Assembly: GCA_963749655.1 (NCBI GenBank)
Contig: CAVVOB010000014.1
Span: forward strand, 32,001 to 96,000
From: Nitrospirota bacterium
Lineage (GTDB): Bacteria > Nitrospirota > UBA9217
Direction: 5' to 3'
DNA length: 64,000 bases
Of the stretch, positions 24,074 through 35,133 are shown in pieces (the stretch's first letter is position 1; each line of letters opens with the position of its first letter). The position numbers were made by a program, and so were the translations under genes. The notes beneath the pieces are model-generated. The model was not told where the DNA came from, made no database searches, and saw only the letters and a program-made list of their open reading frames with translations.

Positions 24074-25411
24074 ATGAGCGATCAGCTGATCCGGAACCTC
24101 GATTTTCTTCACATTCTTCTGGAAGCAGTCCCCTCCTGCCTTTTTGTCATGGATTCGGACCTTCGCGTACTGCACCTGAATTCGGCTGCTGCGCGTATGG
24201 CGGGCTCGGATCAAACAGTGTTCATGCACCGGGGCGGCGAAGTGCTGCACTGCATCCACGCTTCGGAGACGCCCGGCGGGTGCGGTCAGGCGGTGCTCTG
24301 CCGCGAGTGCCTTATCCGCAACAGCGTGCGCAAGGCTGTAACTGGAAGCCGGATACACCGCGAAACCACGAAAATGAAGTTCATCACGCCGGAGGGCGCG
24401 TCCGAAGTTCACCTCCAGATCACCTCGTCCCCCATCATGTACGAAGGAAACAGCTATGCGCTTCTCGTCATCGAAGACATCAGCGAGCTCATGAAGATCC
24501 AGGAGGCGCTCCAGGACAGCGAGGTCAGACTGCGGAACATTTCGTCCGTGCTCGGAGAAGGGGTCTATGTCCTTGACCGGAACAATTGCCTGACCTTCAT
24601 GAATCCGGAGGCCGAGAAGCTGCTGGGCTGGACCGAAGCGGAGCTCCTGGGAAAAAAGTGCACGACGTCTTTCACCATCAGCGGGCCGACGGCACGAGCC
24701 TGCCCGCGGCCGAATGCCCGGTGCACAATACCGTCCTGACCGGCGACACATACCGCTCCGAGGACAACACGTTCCGGCACAAGAACGGAACGCTGTTCCC
24801 GGCTGCCGTTGTCGCAACGCCGCTCCTGGAGCACGGTCGGATTCTCCGGCTCCGTGACCGTGTTCCACGACATAACCGAGCGCAAGCACGCTGCCGATCA
24901 GCTACGGCAGCTCAACGAGCTCCTCGCGCGTCAGGCGACCACCGACCCGCTTACGGGCATCGCGAACCGGCTCAAGCTCAACGACATGCTGTCCTCTGAA
25001 ATTCGCCGTTCGCGGCGCTACCATCTGCCGCTCTCGCTGATCATGTTCGACATCGACCGGTTCAAACGGATCAACGACACTTACGGACACCACACGGGCG
25101 ATTGCGTGCTGAAGAAAATCGCCGGCCTGGTGACGAAGATCGTACGGATCCACGACCTCTTTGCCCGCTGGGGAGGCGAGGAATTCATGATCATGGTGAC
25201 AAACTCTCCGCTGGAGAACGCCCGTCTGTTTGCTGAAAAGCTGCGGACCCGGATGGAAGAACACGCTTTCCCCGGCGTCGGCCGGGTGACCTGCAGCTTC
25301 GGCGTGGCTCAGTTCGTCTGCGACGAAACCGACGACCTGTTCACCCGGCGCGTGGACGAAGCCCTCTACCGGGCAAAGGCCCAGGGGGGAAACCGGGTCC
25401 AGACCGGGTAA
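24074..25411 (+). CDS. PAS-PAS diguanylate cyclase; frameshifts near 24660 and 24835
   Basis: TDPLTGIANR, MFDIDRFKRINDTYGH, ARWGGEEF, ALYRAK. Confidence 0.88.
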
Positions 25412-25503
25412 AGTCCTGCCATCCCTTCCCCCTTCCCCAAGAACGTTTGACAGACTCCGTTAGAGCTATACTTTAAACAGGCAGAAGTTGCGGGGAGGTA
25501 AAC

Positions 25504-26613
25504 GTGAAACCAACAGGGGCGATAGGGGTGGCTATTCTTCTCTCCCTCCTCTTTATCTCGTCCTGCGGAGGGAACGGGGGCGGAAAAACGCCGGTGATAA
25601 TTGTTAACCAGCTGGCCGTGGGTGCATCTGTGCGGGACACGGTTCCGCAGGGAGGGATCAACTATTACGCCGCAGCAGTCGTACCGGGAGCGCTGTACAA
25701 GATCAGCATCACCGAACTGATCGACGACTCCGACCTGCTCGTCTTCGGAGCCGATGCCTCCCTGTCGCACCTCGCAACCTGCTCCATCGATACGACGCGC
25801 GTTTCCGGCACGACAACGCCGGAGGATTGCGTCATCGTTGCTTCCGCCAGTATGCTCTACTTCGGCGTTGATGGCACATATCTGACGACTGCGGGAGGGA
25901 CCTATACGGTCGACATCGAGCGCCCGGGCCTTACCGGCGTCAACGCCTCCATCCCTCTCGCGGACACCGCAACGAGGACCGGACTGGGAATATACGCAGC
26001 GCCGGTCGTCCCCGGCCAGTCCTATACCATAGCAGTCACCGGACTGAACGACGATGCGGACCTTCACGTCTTCGGCGCCGACGGATCGTTCATGTCCCAG
26101 GCGTCCTGCTCCAGCGCCAACACGCAGATCATCGGGACCGCGCCGGAAGACTGCACGATCACGGCCACCGGAAGCACCCTCTATTTTGTGGTCGACGGTC
26201 TGTTCAGCTCCGCCTCGACCGTGTCCTACACCGCCATCGTTGCGTCTGCGCCGTCCGTTGCCGTTCCTGCAAATCAGGGTTCTATTGTCTCGCCCTCCAG
26301 CGTAGCCGTTGATGCTCCTCTCACCACCGGACAGGTCGGCTCGGCAGGAGACAGCTTCTACATTGTGTCCGGCCTGACATCGGGAGCGCGGTACACGGTC
26401 ACGATAGCAGGCCTGACAGGCACCGCCAACCTCACCCTGTTCGGTAGCGACAGTACCTTTACAACGCCTGCCGCGTGCCTGATCGACAACACCTTCCTGG
26501 CAGGCACCTCGCCCGAGGCATGCACCCTTACTACAACAGGCGCGCTGTACTTTACCGTAGCGGCAGGTCCGAACAGCTCGGCCTATGTCGTTCTTGTTTC
26601 CCCGGGGCACTGA
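25504..26613 (+). CDS. Lipoprotein with three tandem beta-rich repeats (pre-peptidase C-terminal-like)
   Basis: Lipobox FISSC; three copies of Y.I..TGL...ADL..FG.D.....A.C.......PE.C.....LYF.V. Confidence 0.7.
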   Translation: MKPTGAIGVAILLSLLFISSCGGNGGGKTPVIIVNQLAVGASVRDTVPQGGINYYAAAVVPGALYKISITELIDDSDLLVFGADASLSHLATCSIDTTRVSGTTTPEDCVIVASASMLYFGVDGTYLTTAGGTYTVDIERPGLTGVNASIPLADTATRTGLGIYAAPVVPGQSYTIAVTGLNDDADLHVFGADGSFMSQASCSSANTQIIGTAPEDCTITATGSTLYFVVDGLFSSASTVSYTAIVASAPSVAVPANQGSIVSPSSVAVDAPLTTGQVGSAGDSFYIVSGLTSGARYTVTIAGLTGTANLTLFGSDSTFTTPAACLIDNTFLAGTSPEACTLTTTGALYFTVAAGPNSSAYVVLVSPGH

Positions 26614-26787
26614 CCACGACAGGCTGGAACAAAAAAGAAACTGTGGAGTTTTTTACGGTCTTTACCCCGATATCGTCCAGGTACAGGATGGGATAAACTT
26701 CTTCAAGCGGCCGGTTCTGCTACAGCGTAATCTCCTCAGTGACTGCATCGGTGACCTGAGCGATATGAGTGGACAAACCTGCAAAGG

Positions 26788-27924
26788 CTATCCCGACTTC
26801 CCAAAAGGACATACCGGATATCTGCACACGTCGCATTTCAGGCAGAGCCCGCCATGGCCAAGCTCAGCCAACTCGCGACGTCCGATTTTTTCTCCCGCAA
26901 GGATTCGCGGCAACAGGAGATCGAAAATCGTAGTCTTTGCGTACATGCCGCAGGCCGGAAGGCCGAGAATAGGAACGTCAACAGAGGGCAGAGTGCATGG
27001 CGCAGAGGGCATGCTCCCTATGCTCTCTGCACTATGCGCTTTGCTCAGATACCCCACCAGGACCATGGCCCCCGGCAGGACCGCCGAGCCATAGGTAATG
27101 TCCGTTGCACCCAGCTCGCGGATCGCGAACCGCGTGACGTCATCGGGGTCCACGGACATTCCGCCCGTGGTGATCAGCAGATCGGCCCCGGCCTTCAGCA
27201 GCTCCCGCAGCCTGTCCGCGATGAACGCCCTGTCATCGGGAGCGTAGTAGACTCCGACGATTTCCCCGCCGATATCCTCCATCTTTTTCGCAATGACCGG
27301 AGCGAAGGCGTCTTTGATCCTGCCGTTGTATACCTCATTTCCCGTGATCACGACGCCGGCACGGGGCCTGCGGATTTTCTTTACTTGAATTGTTCGCCCA
27401 TTCCGCACTCCGCATTCCGCATTCCGCACGGCCTCTTCTACGATGCTTTTCTTCACCACCAGCGGAATGGCCCTCGCTCCCGCGACGGTCTGGCCTTTTT
27501 TGACAAGCGTATTTGTGTGAAGCGTTGCAGCCATGACCTCGCCCAGCATATTGAATGCAAGCAGCGCGTCACCATCTATCTTGAGGAGTCCGTCGCGCTC
27601 GGCAACAATGCTGATTTTGCCTTCCTTGGGCTCGCCTTTTATCGCGACACCTTCTCCCATGAGCGCGGTCGCGAGTGCAAAGGCCGCATCGTTTTCGTGC
27701 ATCTCGTCCTCGGCGACCTGAAGCACGTAGAGATGCTCCTTGCCGAGACGCTGAAGATGACAGACGTCTTCTTCTCGGATAAGATGGCCTTTCTTGAAGG
27801 CGCGCCCCTTGAATTCGCCGGGCCTGATCTCGGTTATATCATGCGCAAGGACCGTGCCGACTGCCTGCGTTACCGGAATAGTTTTTATTGTCGAGCCATG
27901 GGCTTCATGCGTCTCGTCACACAT
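26788..27924 (-). CDS. Molybdopterin-binding protein (MoeA/MoCF_biosynth-like) with Cys-rich C-terminus
   Basis: AVGTVLAHDIT, TGNEV, TTGGMSVDPDD, LPGAM, GLPAC, GHGGLCLKCDVCRYPVCPFGK. Confidence 0.85.
   Translation of the reverse strand: MCDETHEAHGSTIKTIPVTQAVGTVLAHDITEIRPGEFKGRAFKKGHLIREEDVCHLQRLGKEHLYVLQVAEDEMHENDAAFALATALMGEGVAIKGEPKEGKISIVAERDGLLKIDGDALLAFNMLGEVMAATLHTNTLVKKGQTVAGARAIPLVVKKSIVEEAVRNAECGVRNGRTIQVKKIRRPRAGVVITGNEVYNGRIKDAFAPVIAKKMEDIGGEIVGVYYAPDDRAFIADRLRELLKAGADLLITTGGMSVDPDDVTRFAIRELGATDITYGSAVLPGAMVLVGYLSKAHSAESIGSMPSAPCTLPSVDVPILGLPACGMYAKTTIFDLLLPRILAGEKIGRRELAELGHGGLCLKCDVCRYPVCPFGKSG
26982..27046. repeat. Heptamer inverted element inserted in frame within the molybdopterin-binding gene
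   Basis: Shares GCATGGCGCAGAGGG and GCATAGTGCA.AGAGCAT with the intergenic element at 43641; encodes SKAHSAESIGSMPSAPCTLPS. Confidence 0.7.
27399..27429. repeat. (ATTCCGC) x4 heptamer tandem inside the CDS
   Basis: cattccgcactccgcattccgcattccgcac; encodes VRNAECGVRNG. Confidence 0.7.
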
Positions 27925-28066
27925 GGAGGCCTCCCGTTCGGAGAAGTTTCAAATATCAAAGCGCAAATTTCAAAATAACAGCCAAATCCCGGGGTGAAGC
28001 GCCCAATGTCCGGTAATCCCCTTTTGGTATTCGAGATTTCCGTGCGATTTGTCTTTTATTCTTCGA

Positions 28067-28420
28067 CTAATCGAAGAATATCTCCCTGAACTTCCTGTCC
28101 ACTATCTTTTGTATACCTCTCTCCAGCGCTCCGTATTTTTTCAAAAATTTTCGTGCTTCTTCGGTCAGCACTGCGCCGCCGCCGTTCTTTCCGCCTGCCT
28201 GCCGTTCGACAAGCTTCACGCCCAGCCGCTCTTCCATGGCCTTGATGTGGCTCCAGGCCTTGCGGAAGGATACATCGACTTCCTTCGCCGCCTGGTTGAT
28301 CGATCCGTGAGTGTCGATCGCTTCGAGCAGGAACCGCCGTCCCCGTCCAAACACGGGTTCCCCGCCTGCTTCGATCCATATTTTCGATCTGATGTCCAGC
28401 CCGTTATGACTTTTCTGCAT
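28067..28420 (-). CDS. ModE-family winged-helix regulator (DNA-binding domain only)
   Basis: FGRGRRFLLEAIDTHGSINQAAKEVDVSFRKAWSHI...GGKNGGGAVLT. Confidence 0.88.
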   Translation of the reverse strand: MQKSHNGLDIRSKIWIEAGGEPVFGRGRRFLLEAIDTHGSINQAAKEVDVSFRKAWSHIKAMEERLGVKLVERQAGGKNGGGAVLTEEARKFLKKYGALERGIQKIVDRKFREIFFD

Positions 28421-29093
28421 AGCGCACCTCTTTAAAAAAAACGCCCGTCTCCTTTGTCCGCTCCCCTGAGGGAAGCCGGGGGGGAGCCGGAGACATATAG
28501 TATCCGCCATTGGCGCAGGGCGCGCACAGGACCTTCCCCTCCTGATGGATCTCTCTTCTGTCCTGGACCTGCTCGCCGCAGGAGTCGCACCGCACTCTTT
28601 GCAGGGGCCTGCCCGGCATGTCCTCGGGACGCATTTTGACGACGACCGCCATCATTTCGAAAAGCTCTGCGTCGTCCATGACCTTGTACGCTTCGAGTTG
28701 TCCCGCATATTTGCTCTCAACGTCGGGGAAGTATTTCTTCGCCTTCTCCCGTGACTCCTCCCTGGCGACAATTCTGATTGCTTTGTCTGTTTTGAGATTC
28801 AGAAAGGTGGCTGCCATCTTGCCGTAGTCCATGAACTTCATGGTTCTGCGGCCGAGACTGCAGCCGGTCACCGACTGGACCGCGTCTGTGGCACACCGGT
28901 CCATCTCAACAAAGACAATGATGTTCTTCCGGTCCTTTCCTTTCGGGTCTAGAATGCCGGTTTCCCGAAGGCCAAGCATGGACATTCGGACGCCGAGCAC
29001 CTGGCCCGCGCAGAGGTGGCCGTGTATTCTGACGGATTCCGACAAGAGTCGTTGAAAATCCGGCAACCGGGTATGCAAGGGTGTCGTCTGCAT
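28404..29093 (-). CDS. FmdE family protein with C-terminal zinc finger
   Basis: HGHLCAGQVLGVRM, EMDRCATDAVQSVTGCSLG, CDSCGE...CAPC. Confidence 0.9.
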   Translation of the reverse strand: MQTTPLHTRLPDFQRLLSESVRIHGHLCAGQVLGVRMSMLGLRETGILDPKGKDRKNIIVFVEMDRCATDAVQSVTGCSLGRRTMKFMDYGKMAATFLNLKTDKAIRIVAREESREKAKKYFPDVESKYAGQLEAYKVMDDAELFEMMAVVVKMRPEDMPGRPLQRVRCDSCGEQVQDRREIHQEGKVLCAPCANGGYYMSPAPPRLPSGERTKETGVFFKEVRYAEKS

Positions 29094-29186
29094 CAGTAAT
29101 CTCCCGGTGATACCTATTTCTGTTTATCGATGATGATTGAAACCTGCGGGAAATGCAAATTCATGATTGCACCAGCCTGTGTGAGC

Positions 29187-30122
29187 TTACCGGTCGACGC
29201 AGCCTCCCGGGTGGAACATCAGGTTCGGACCGCCTCGTGTCATGCCCGCTTCATTCATCAGCATGTCCAGGGGGAGCGTGGCCAGGTCGTCCGCCATGAC
29301 TTCCATCTGCGGGTCTTTTCCCAGGTAGAGCAATTTCAGGTAGGTATGACAGTCTCCGCAGCTCTCGATCTTGACCGCGCCGTTCGAGCCTTCCAGGATA
29401 TGGTAGTCGATCCCGCTGGTGGATTCGCAGGAGCTGCATTTGAGCCGCACCATGTGCCACTGCGAGGAGCAGAGGGAGCAGGACAAATAGCGCAGGCCCT
29501 GTTCGTTCCCGCCGCCCCGCACGATGCCTACGCTCGGCTGTGAACCGCACACGGGGCACAACCCGCCTTGTTCCAGTCTGTTGAACAAATCTTCTTTTAG
29601 CAGCGATGACGCCATATGCACCCAGTAAACCTGCAGTGCTGCTGCGACGAACGGCAGTTCCTGCGGAGAAACAGCAACCATATCTCCTGCCGATATCCGG
29701 TCTGCCGTATTCTCCAACACGGCTTCACTCGCCTGCGTCAAGCCGGCTACGGTTTCCTGTGCAGCCGACGGCAGGGCAACCTCTTTCATCAGCCACAGGA
29801 TTGTCGTAAACGCCGTACGCCAGGCCGGATCCCGGCTCCAGGACCGTGCAGACAAGAGCGCCGCGCCGCGCTCGCGGCAGAGCTTCCTCTCATCAGGACC
29901 AGGCAGAGGCGTGGCGGGAAAGAGATTCAAGGCCTCCTGCTGCGCCTCGGCAAGATGCGCCAGAAAAGCCAGGTAATCCCCCAGCGGATGATCTTTGGAC
30001 AAAGATCGAAGGCGCTCGGCGCGACGGCTGAACAGATCCCGGTGCGGGAGGAAGAGATAACGGATCTCTCCCCTGGGTGTTTCCAGCTGTCCGGGCTCGA
30101 TGATGCGGGCCTCAGCGTTCAC
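29187..30122 (-). CDS. fdhE: Formate dehydrogenase accessory protein FdhE
   Basis: CPVCGS, RYLSCSLCSSQWHMVRLKCSSC, ESCGDCHTYLK, ADDLATLPLD. Confidence 0.93.
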   Translation of the reverse strand: MNAEARIIEPGQLETPRGEIRYLFLPHRDLFSRRAERLRSLSKDHPLGDYLAFLAHLAEAQQEALNLFPATPLPGPDERKLCRERGAALLSARSWSRDPAWRTAFTTILWLMKEVALPSAAQETVAGLTQASEAVLENTADRISAGDMVAVSPQELPFVAAALQVYWVHMASSLLKEDLFNRLEQGGLCPVCGSQPSVGIVRGGGNEQGLRYLSCSLCSSQWHMVRLKCSSCESTSGIDYHILEGSNGAVKIESCGDCHTYLKLLYLGKDPQMEVMADDLATLPLDMLMNEAGMTRGGPNLMFHPGGCVDR

Positions 30123-30751
30123 TTCCCGCCTCCGGTCATCTCCCGGTACCATGCCGGGTGGTGCTGTTTAGCCCAGGCGCGCCTGACGTAGCCGTACAGC
30201 ATGGCAGCTATGCTCTCCTTCATCCAGATGGCTGCATAGATGTGGAAGATGATCAGGCCGATTATGATTGCCCCGGCAGCCGCGTGCACGACTGAAGCGA
30301 AGCGGATGAGCCCGACCGGGAAGAGGAACGAGAAATAGGCGCGCCACATGACAATGCCGGACAGGATGAGCACGGCCATGCTGATAGACAGCGCCCAGAA
30401 CAGGAGCTTCTGGCCGCCGTTGAACTTGCCGGCTTCCGGCATGTGACCGTCATCGCCGCCCACCAGATCGCGCACATGGTTCACCCATTCCCAATCAATC
30501 GGAGTCATGACATTCAACTGCCGGTAATTGAAGTACTCGATGCCGAAGGAAATCGCCATCAACACCCCGATGAAAGGGTGGAGGATGCGCGTCCACGTGC
30601 CGCCGCCGAACAACTGGCTCAAGGGAAAGAAGGCCGGATGAAAGAACGAGAGCCCGGACAGCGCAAGCAGAATAAAGGTTATTGCCGTCAGCCAATGATT
30701 GGCGCGCTCAGAAGAGGTATACCTGAGTATTTTATTCGGGTCATTTCTCAT
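30119..30751 (-). CDS. fdnI: Formate dehydrogenase-N gamma subunit (cytochrome b556)
   Basis: [44 protein letters not shown]. Confidence 0.93.
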   Translation of the reverse strand: MRNDPNKILRYTSSERANHWLTAITFILLALSGLSFFHPAFFPLSQLFGGGTWTRILHPFIGVLMAISFGIEYFNYRQLNVMTPIDWEWVNHVRDLVGGDDGHMPEAGKFNGGQKLLFWALSISMAVLILSGIVMWRAYFSFLFPVGLIRFASVVHAAAGAIIIGLIIFHIYAAIWMKESIAAMLYGYVRRAWAKQHHPAWYREMTGGGK

Positions 30752-31622
30752 TTTTAAACTCCTTCTCGATCTCTTCGGAGACCTCATTGGGACCCTTGGT
30801 TACATAGTGGATGAAGGCACCGAGTACACCCGCGGCAAGAGCAAAGGTGGCCAGCTGCTTGGCGCCGTCTTTCCACAGAGAGACCATCGCGCTGATGGAG
30901 GGATCTTTGGCGAGACCGCTGTAGTATTCCGGCTTGTCGGCATGGTTCAGCACGTACATCACATGGGTGCCGCCGACGCCCTGGGGGTTATAGATTCCCG
31001 CCTTGTCGAACCCCCGGCTTTTCAGATCAGCGATCCGCTCCTCGGCATGCTGCTGCATATCATCCTTTGTCCCGAATACGATCGCGCCCGTAGGGCAGGT
31101 CTTGACGCAGGCCGGCTCCAGCCCGACAGCCACGCGGTCGGAGCAGAGGGTACACTTGTAAACCTTGTTGTCCTTTTTCGACAGGCGCGGGATGTTGAAC
31201 GGGCAGCCGGTGATGCAGTAGCCGCAGCCGATGCAGTTCTCCTCATGGAAATCCACTATGCCGTTGCTGTACTGGACGATGGCGCCCGGCGCGGGGCAGG
31301 CCTTGAGGCAGCCCGGGTCTGCGCAGTGCATGCAGCCGTCCTTGCGGATCAGCCACTCAAGGCCGCGCTCGGTTTTTACTTCGCTGTAGCGCATCACGGT
31401 CCAGGAGTTCTCCGTCAGGTCCGCCGGGTTATCGTACACGCCGTGGTTCGTGCCGACGGCGTCGCGGGTGTCGTTCCACTCCATGCACGCCACCTGGCAG
31501 GCTTTGCAGCCGATGCACTTGGAGACGTCGATCAGCTTGACCACTTCCTGGGTCTGGCGCTGGCCCGGCGAGGGGGTGGATGTGGCGGAACGACGGATGA
31601 TATCAAGCGATTGAAGTGCCAT
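30741..31622 (-). CDS. fdnH: Formate dehydrogenase-N beta (Fe-S) subunit
   Basis: [57 protein letters not shown] and a C-terminal TM anchor. Confidence 0.95.
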   Translation of the reverse strand: MALQSLDIIRRSATSTPSPGQRQTQEVVKLIDVSKCIGCKACQVACMEWNDTRDAVGTNHGVYDNPADLTENSWTVMRYSEVKTERGLEWLIRKDGCMHCADPGCLKACPAPGAIVQYSNGIVDFHEENCIGCGYCITGCPFNIPRLSKKDNKVYKCTLCSDRVAVGLEPACVKTCPTGAIVFGTKDDMQQHAEERIADLKSRGFDKAGIYNPQGVGGTHVMYVLNHADKPEYYSGLAKDPSISAMVSLWKDGAKQLATFALAAGVLGAFIHYVTKGPNEVSEEIEKEFKNEK

Positions 31623-31632
31623 GATCCGCCTC

Positions 31633-34600
31633 CTATGCCTTCTCGATGTTGACGAGGAAGGATTTGAACTCCGGTGTCTGCACGTTGGCATCTCCGACGA
31701 ACGGCGTCAGGGTGTTGGCGATGTAGCCGTTCTTGGCAATGCCCTTAAAACCCCAGTGGATCGGGATGCCTACATGATGAACGGTCTTGCCGTTCACCTG
31801 GAGCGACATAAGCCGCTTGGTCACCAGCGCCTTTGCCTTGACGAAGCCCCGCATGGACCACACCTTGATGAGGTCGCCGTGCTTGATGCCCTTCTCTTTG
31901 GCCAGCTCCTCGCCGATCTCCACGAACTGCTCGGGCTGCAGGATGGACGAGAGCTGCGTATGTTTCGTCCAGAAGTGGAAGTGCTCGGTCAGACGGTACG
32001 TGGTGGCCGCATAAGGATAGTCCTTGCTCTTGCCGAGCATTTCCAGATCGTCCTTGAACACCCGCGCAGCCGGGTTGCTGATCACCTTGGGATGGAGCGG
32101 GTTCGTGTCGATGGGCGTCTCGAAAGGCTCATAATGCTCGGCGAACGGACCTTCCGCCATCTTATCCACGGCAAACAGCCTCGCCACGCCTTCGGGGTTC
32201 ATGATGAAGGGGTTCATGGGATCGCCGGGCGGGACATCCGGTTTGAAGTCCGGCACGTCCACGCCGCCCCAGGCGGTCCCGTTCCAGCTGATGAGCTTCC
32301 GCTTCGGGTCCCACGGTTTCCCGGACGGGTCGTTCGAGGCGCGGTTGTACAGGATGCGCCGGTTGGCGGGCCAGGAGAACGCCCAGTTCAGCGTGTTGCC
32401 CAGGCCGGAGGGGTCCGAGTTGTCCCGCCGCGCCATCATGTTGCCCTTTTCCGTCCAGGAGCCCGAGAACAACCAGCAGCCGCAGCTGGTTGTGCCGTCG
32501 TCCCTGAGCTGGGCAAAGCCGTCCAGCTGCTGCCCCTTCTTTACGAGGACCTTTGTCTTGTCCTTGGGATCGGTTACGTCCTCCAGCGCCTTGCCGTTGT
32601 ACTCCATCGCCAACTCCTCGGGCGCAGGCGAAAGCGGGATCTTATGGTTCCAGGTAAGGTTCAGGATCGGGTCGGGGAACGCGCCTCCCTCTTTTTTATA
32701 AAGCTCGCGCAGCTTCAGGAAGATGCCGGCGATGATGTCGGCATCGACCTTTGCTTCTCCCGGAGGATTGGCGCCCTTGTAGTGCCACTGCAGCCAGCGG
32801 CCGGAGTTGGTGAGCGACCCGTTCTCTTCGGCGAAGCAGGTCGAGGGGAGCCTGAACACTTCGGTCTGGATCTTGGCTGGGTCCACGTTGTTGTGCTCGC
32901 CGTGGTTCTCCCAGAAGCACGAGGTTTCCGTTGCCAGGGGATCGATCACGACCAGGTACTTGAGCTTGGCCAGGGACCCGCCTACCTTGGCCTTGCAGGG
33001 GAAGGCTGCGAGGGGGTTAAAGCCCTGACAGAAGTAGCCGTTTACTTTCCCCTGGTTCATCAGCTCGAAGGTCTGGAGCACGTCGTATCCCTTGTCCAGC
33101 TTCGGTAGCCAGTCGAAGCACCAGTTGTTCTTTTTCGTTGCAGCATCGCCGAACCAGGCCTTCATCAGGCTGACATGGAACTTTTCGTAATTCTGCCAAT
33201 AGGACATCTGGCCTGGGCGCAGGGGCTTGAAGGCCCGTTTGCTGATATAGGTCTGGTAGTCTGTTTCTTTTTCGCCGGGAAGGGTGAGGTAGCCCGGCAA
33301 GAGGTTCGACAGGAGGCCAAGGTCAGTGAGACCCTGGATATTGGAGTGGCCCCTGAGCGCGTTCATGCCTCCGCCTGCCATGCCGATGTTGCCGAGCAGG
33401 AGCTGCATCATTGCCGCAGTGCGGATCATCTGCGAGCCCACGGAGTGTTGGGTCCAGCCCAGTGCGTACATGATGGTCAAGGTCCTGTCCGGCACCGACG
33501 TGGTTGCGATGATTTCTGCCACCTTGAGGAAGGTTTCCTTGGGCGTGCCGCAGATATTGCTCACCGCTTCCGGCGTGTACCGGACATAGTGTTTCTTCAG
33601 CAGTTGGAACACGCATCGGGGATGTTTGAGGGTGGGGTCGACCTTTGCAAAGCCGTCAGCACCCATTTCGTACATCCAGCTTGCTTTATCATAGGACCGT
33701 TTTTCGGCGTTGTAACCGGAGAACAAGCCGTCATCGAAATGATAATCCTCGCGCACGATGAAGCTTGCGTCCGTGTAGGATTTCACGTATTCGTGCTGGA
33801 TTTTGTCGCTACTGAGAAGGTAGTTGACCAGGCCGCCCAGGAAGGCGATGTCCGTGCCCGTGCGGAGGGGTGCATAAAGGTCTGCAATCGCCGCCGAACG
33901 GGTGAAGCGGGGGTCTACTACGATGAATGTGGCTTTGTTATGGGCCTTGGCCTCGGTCACCCATTTGAAGCCGCAGGGGTGGGCCTCGGCGGCGTTCCCG
34001 CCCATGACGAGGATGACGTTGGCGTTCTTGATGTCAACCCAGTGGTTGGTCATCGCGCCGCGGCCGAACGTAGGGGCCAAACTGGCCACCGTGGGGCCGT
34101 GTCAAACTCGTGCCTGATTGTCGAAGGCCAGGATGCCGGTGCTGCGGACCGCCTTGTGGGTGATGTAGCCGGTTTCGTTGCTCGACGCGGAGGCTGCCAA
34201 AAATCCCGTGGTCAGCCAGCGGTTGACCGTGGCGCCGGCGGCGTTCTTCTTGATGAAGTTCTTGTCCCGGTCGTCTTTCATCAGGCGCGCGATCTTGCTG
34301 AAGGCTTCGTCCCAGGTTATGCGCTTCCATTCATTCGTCCCGGGGGCTCGGTATTCCGGGTATTTGAGCCGGTTCGGGCTGTGAACAAAGTCCACCAGCC
34401 CTGCGCCCTTCGGGCAGAGGGTGCCGCGGTTCACGGGATGGTCCGGGTCGCCCTCGATGTGAAAGATCGATGACTCGGCGTTCTTCGCCCTGTCCCCCAT
34501 GCTGTGCATGATCAGGCCGCAGCTCACCGAGCAGTAGGGGCAGGTATTGCGGGTCTCGGTGCTGCGGGTAAGCTTGAACTCGCGCACCTCAGCCTCCGCC

Positions 34601-34689
34601 TCGCGCGGGGAAAAGCCGAGGGCCGCAACGCTGGAAGCCCCCAGTCCTGCGGCAGAAACCTTGAAAAACTGTCTCCGTGTCACCTGCAT
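31633..34689 (-). CDS. fdnG: Formate dehydrogenase-N alpha subunit, selenocysteine-containing, Tat-exported
   Basis: VTRRQFFK Tat motif, CPYCSVSC, in-frame TGA at 34104-34102 in [26 protein letters not shown]; joins ORFs 34102-34695 and 31633-34089 (alternative start 34695). Confidence 0.95.
34066..34104 (-). promoter_or_regulatory. Sec codon plus bacterial SECIS hairpin
   Basis: TGA CACGGCCCCACGGT GGCCA-GTT-TGGCC CCTACG: hairpin directly 3' of the UGA, at the position used in fdnG/fdoG. Confidence 0.8.
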
Positions 34690-34955
34690 TTTCATACCTC
34701 CAGGGTTTGCATAAATGGCAATATTATTAATGTGGTGTAGATTTTCGGCGTGTGCCTTTTTCCCGGGTCCGATCGGCAGATGCGCCCTCCCGGTTCCGAT
34801 GAAAACAGTATAAAAAAACCATAGCGCGCTGAAAATGCGATGTCAAATTTCGTCATACTTTTTTATGCCAACCAAAGTAGCATTGGCTGCACTATATATC
34901 GGAAGAGAACAAAAAATTTTATCCGATCGGACAAGCCGGGACCAAATACATTGAA

Positions 34956-35051
34956 CTGCGAGGGCGCAAAGGTCGAGAGGAAGGCAAAGACTTCTTTGGC
35001 AAGATCCACGATCTACGCGCTTTCCTCGCGGCCCTCGCGGCTTTGCGGCAG
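34956..35051. repeat. Inverted element built from triplicated 8-9-nt units
   Basis: ctgcgagggcgcaaaggtcgagagg...cctcgcggccctcgcggctttgcggcag. Confidence 0.55.
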
Positions 35052-35133
35052 AAACCCTCTATCTTTTAAAACGAATATATTTTTACCGGACCAAAAGGGT
35101 TGGACAGTATTTTTTCCGCTGCGCGAAAAGGCC

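Noticed and set aside
34102-34104. Apparent premature stop splitting fdnG
   Set aside because: Selenocysteine codon at the conserved active-site position with a SECIS; not a pseudogene.
34700-34950. ModE or FNR box upstream of fdnG
   Set aside because: AT-rich, but no convincing match to either consensus by eye.
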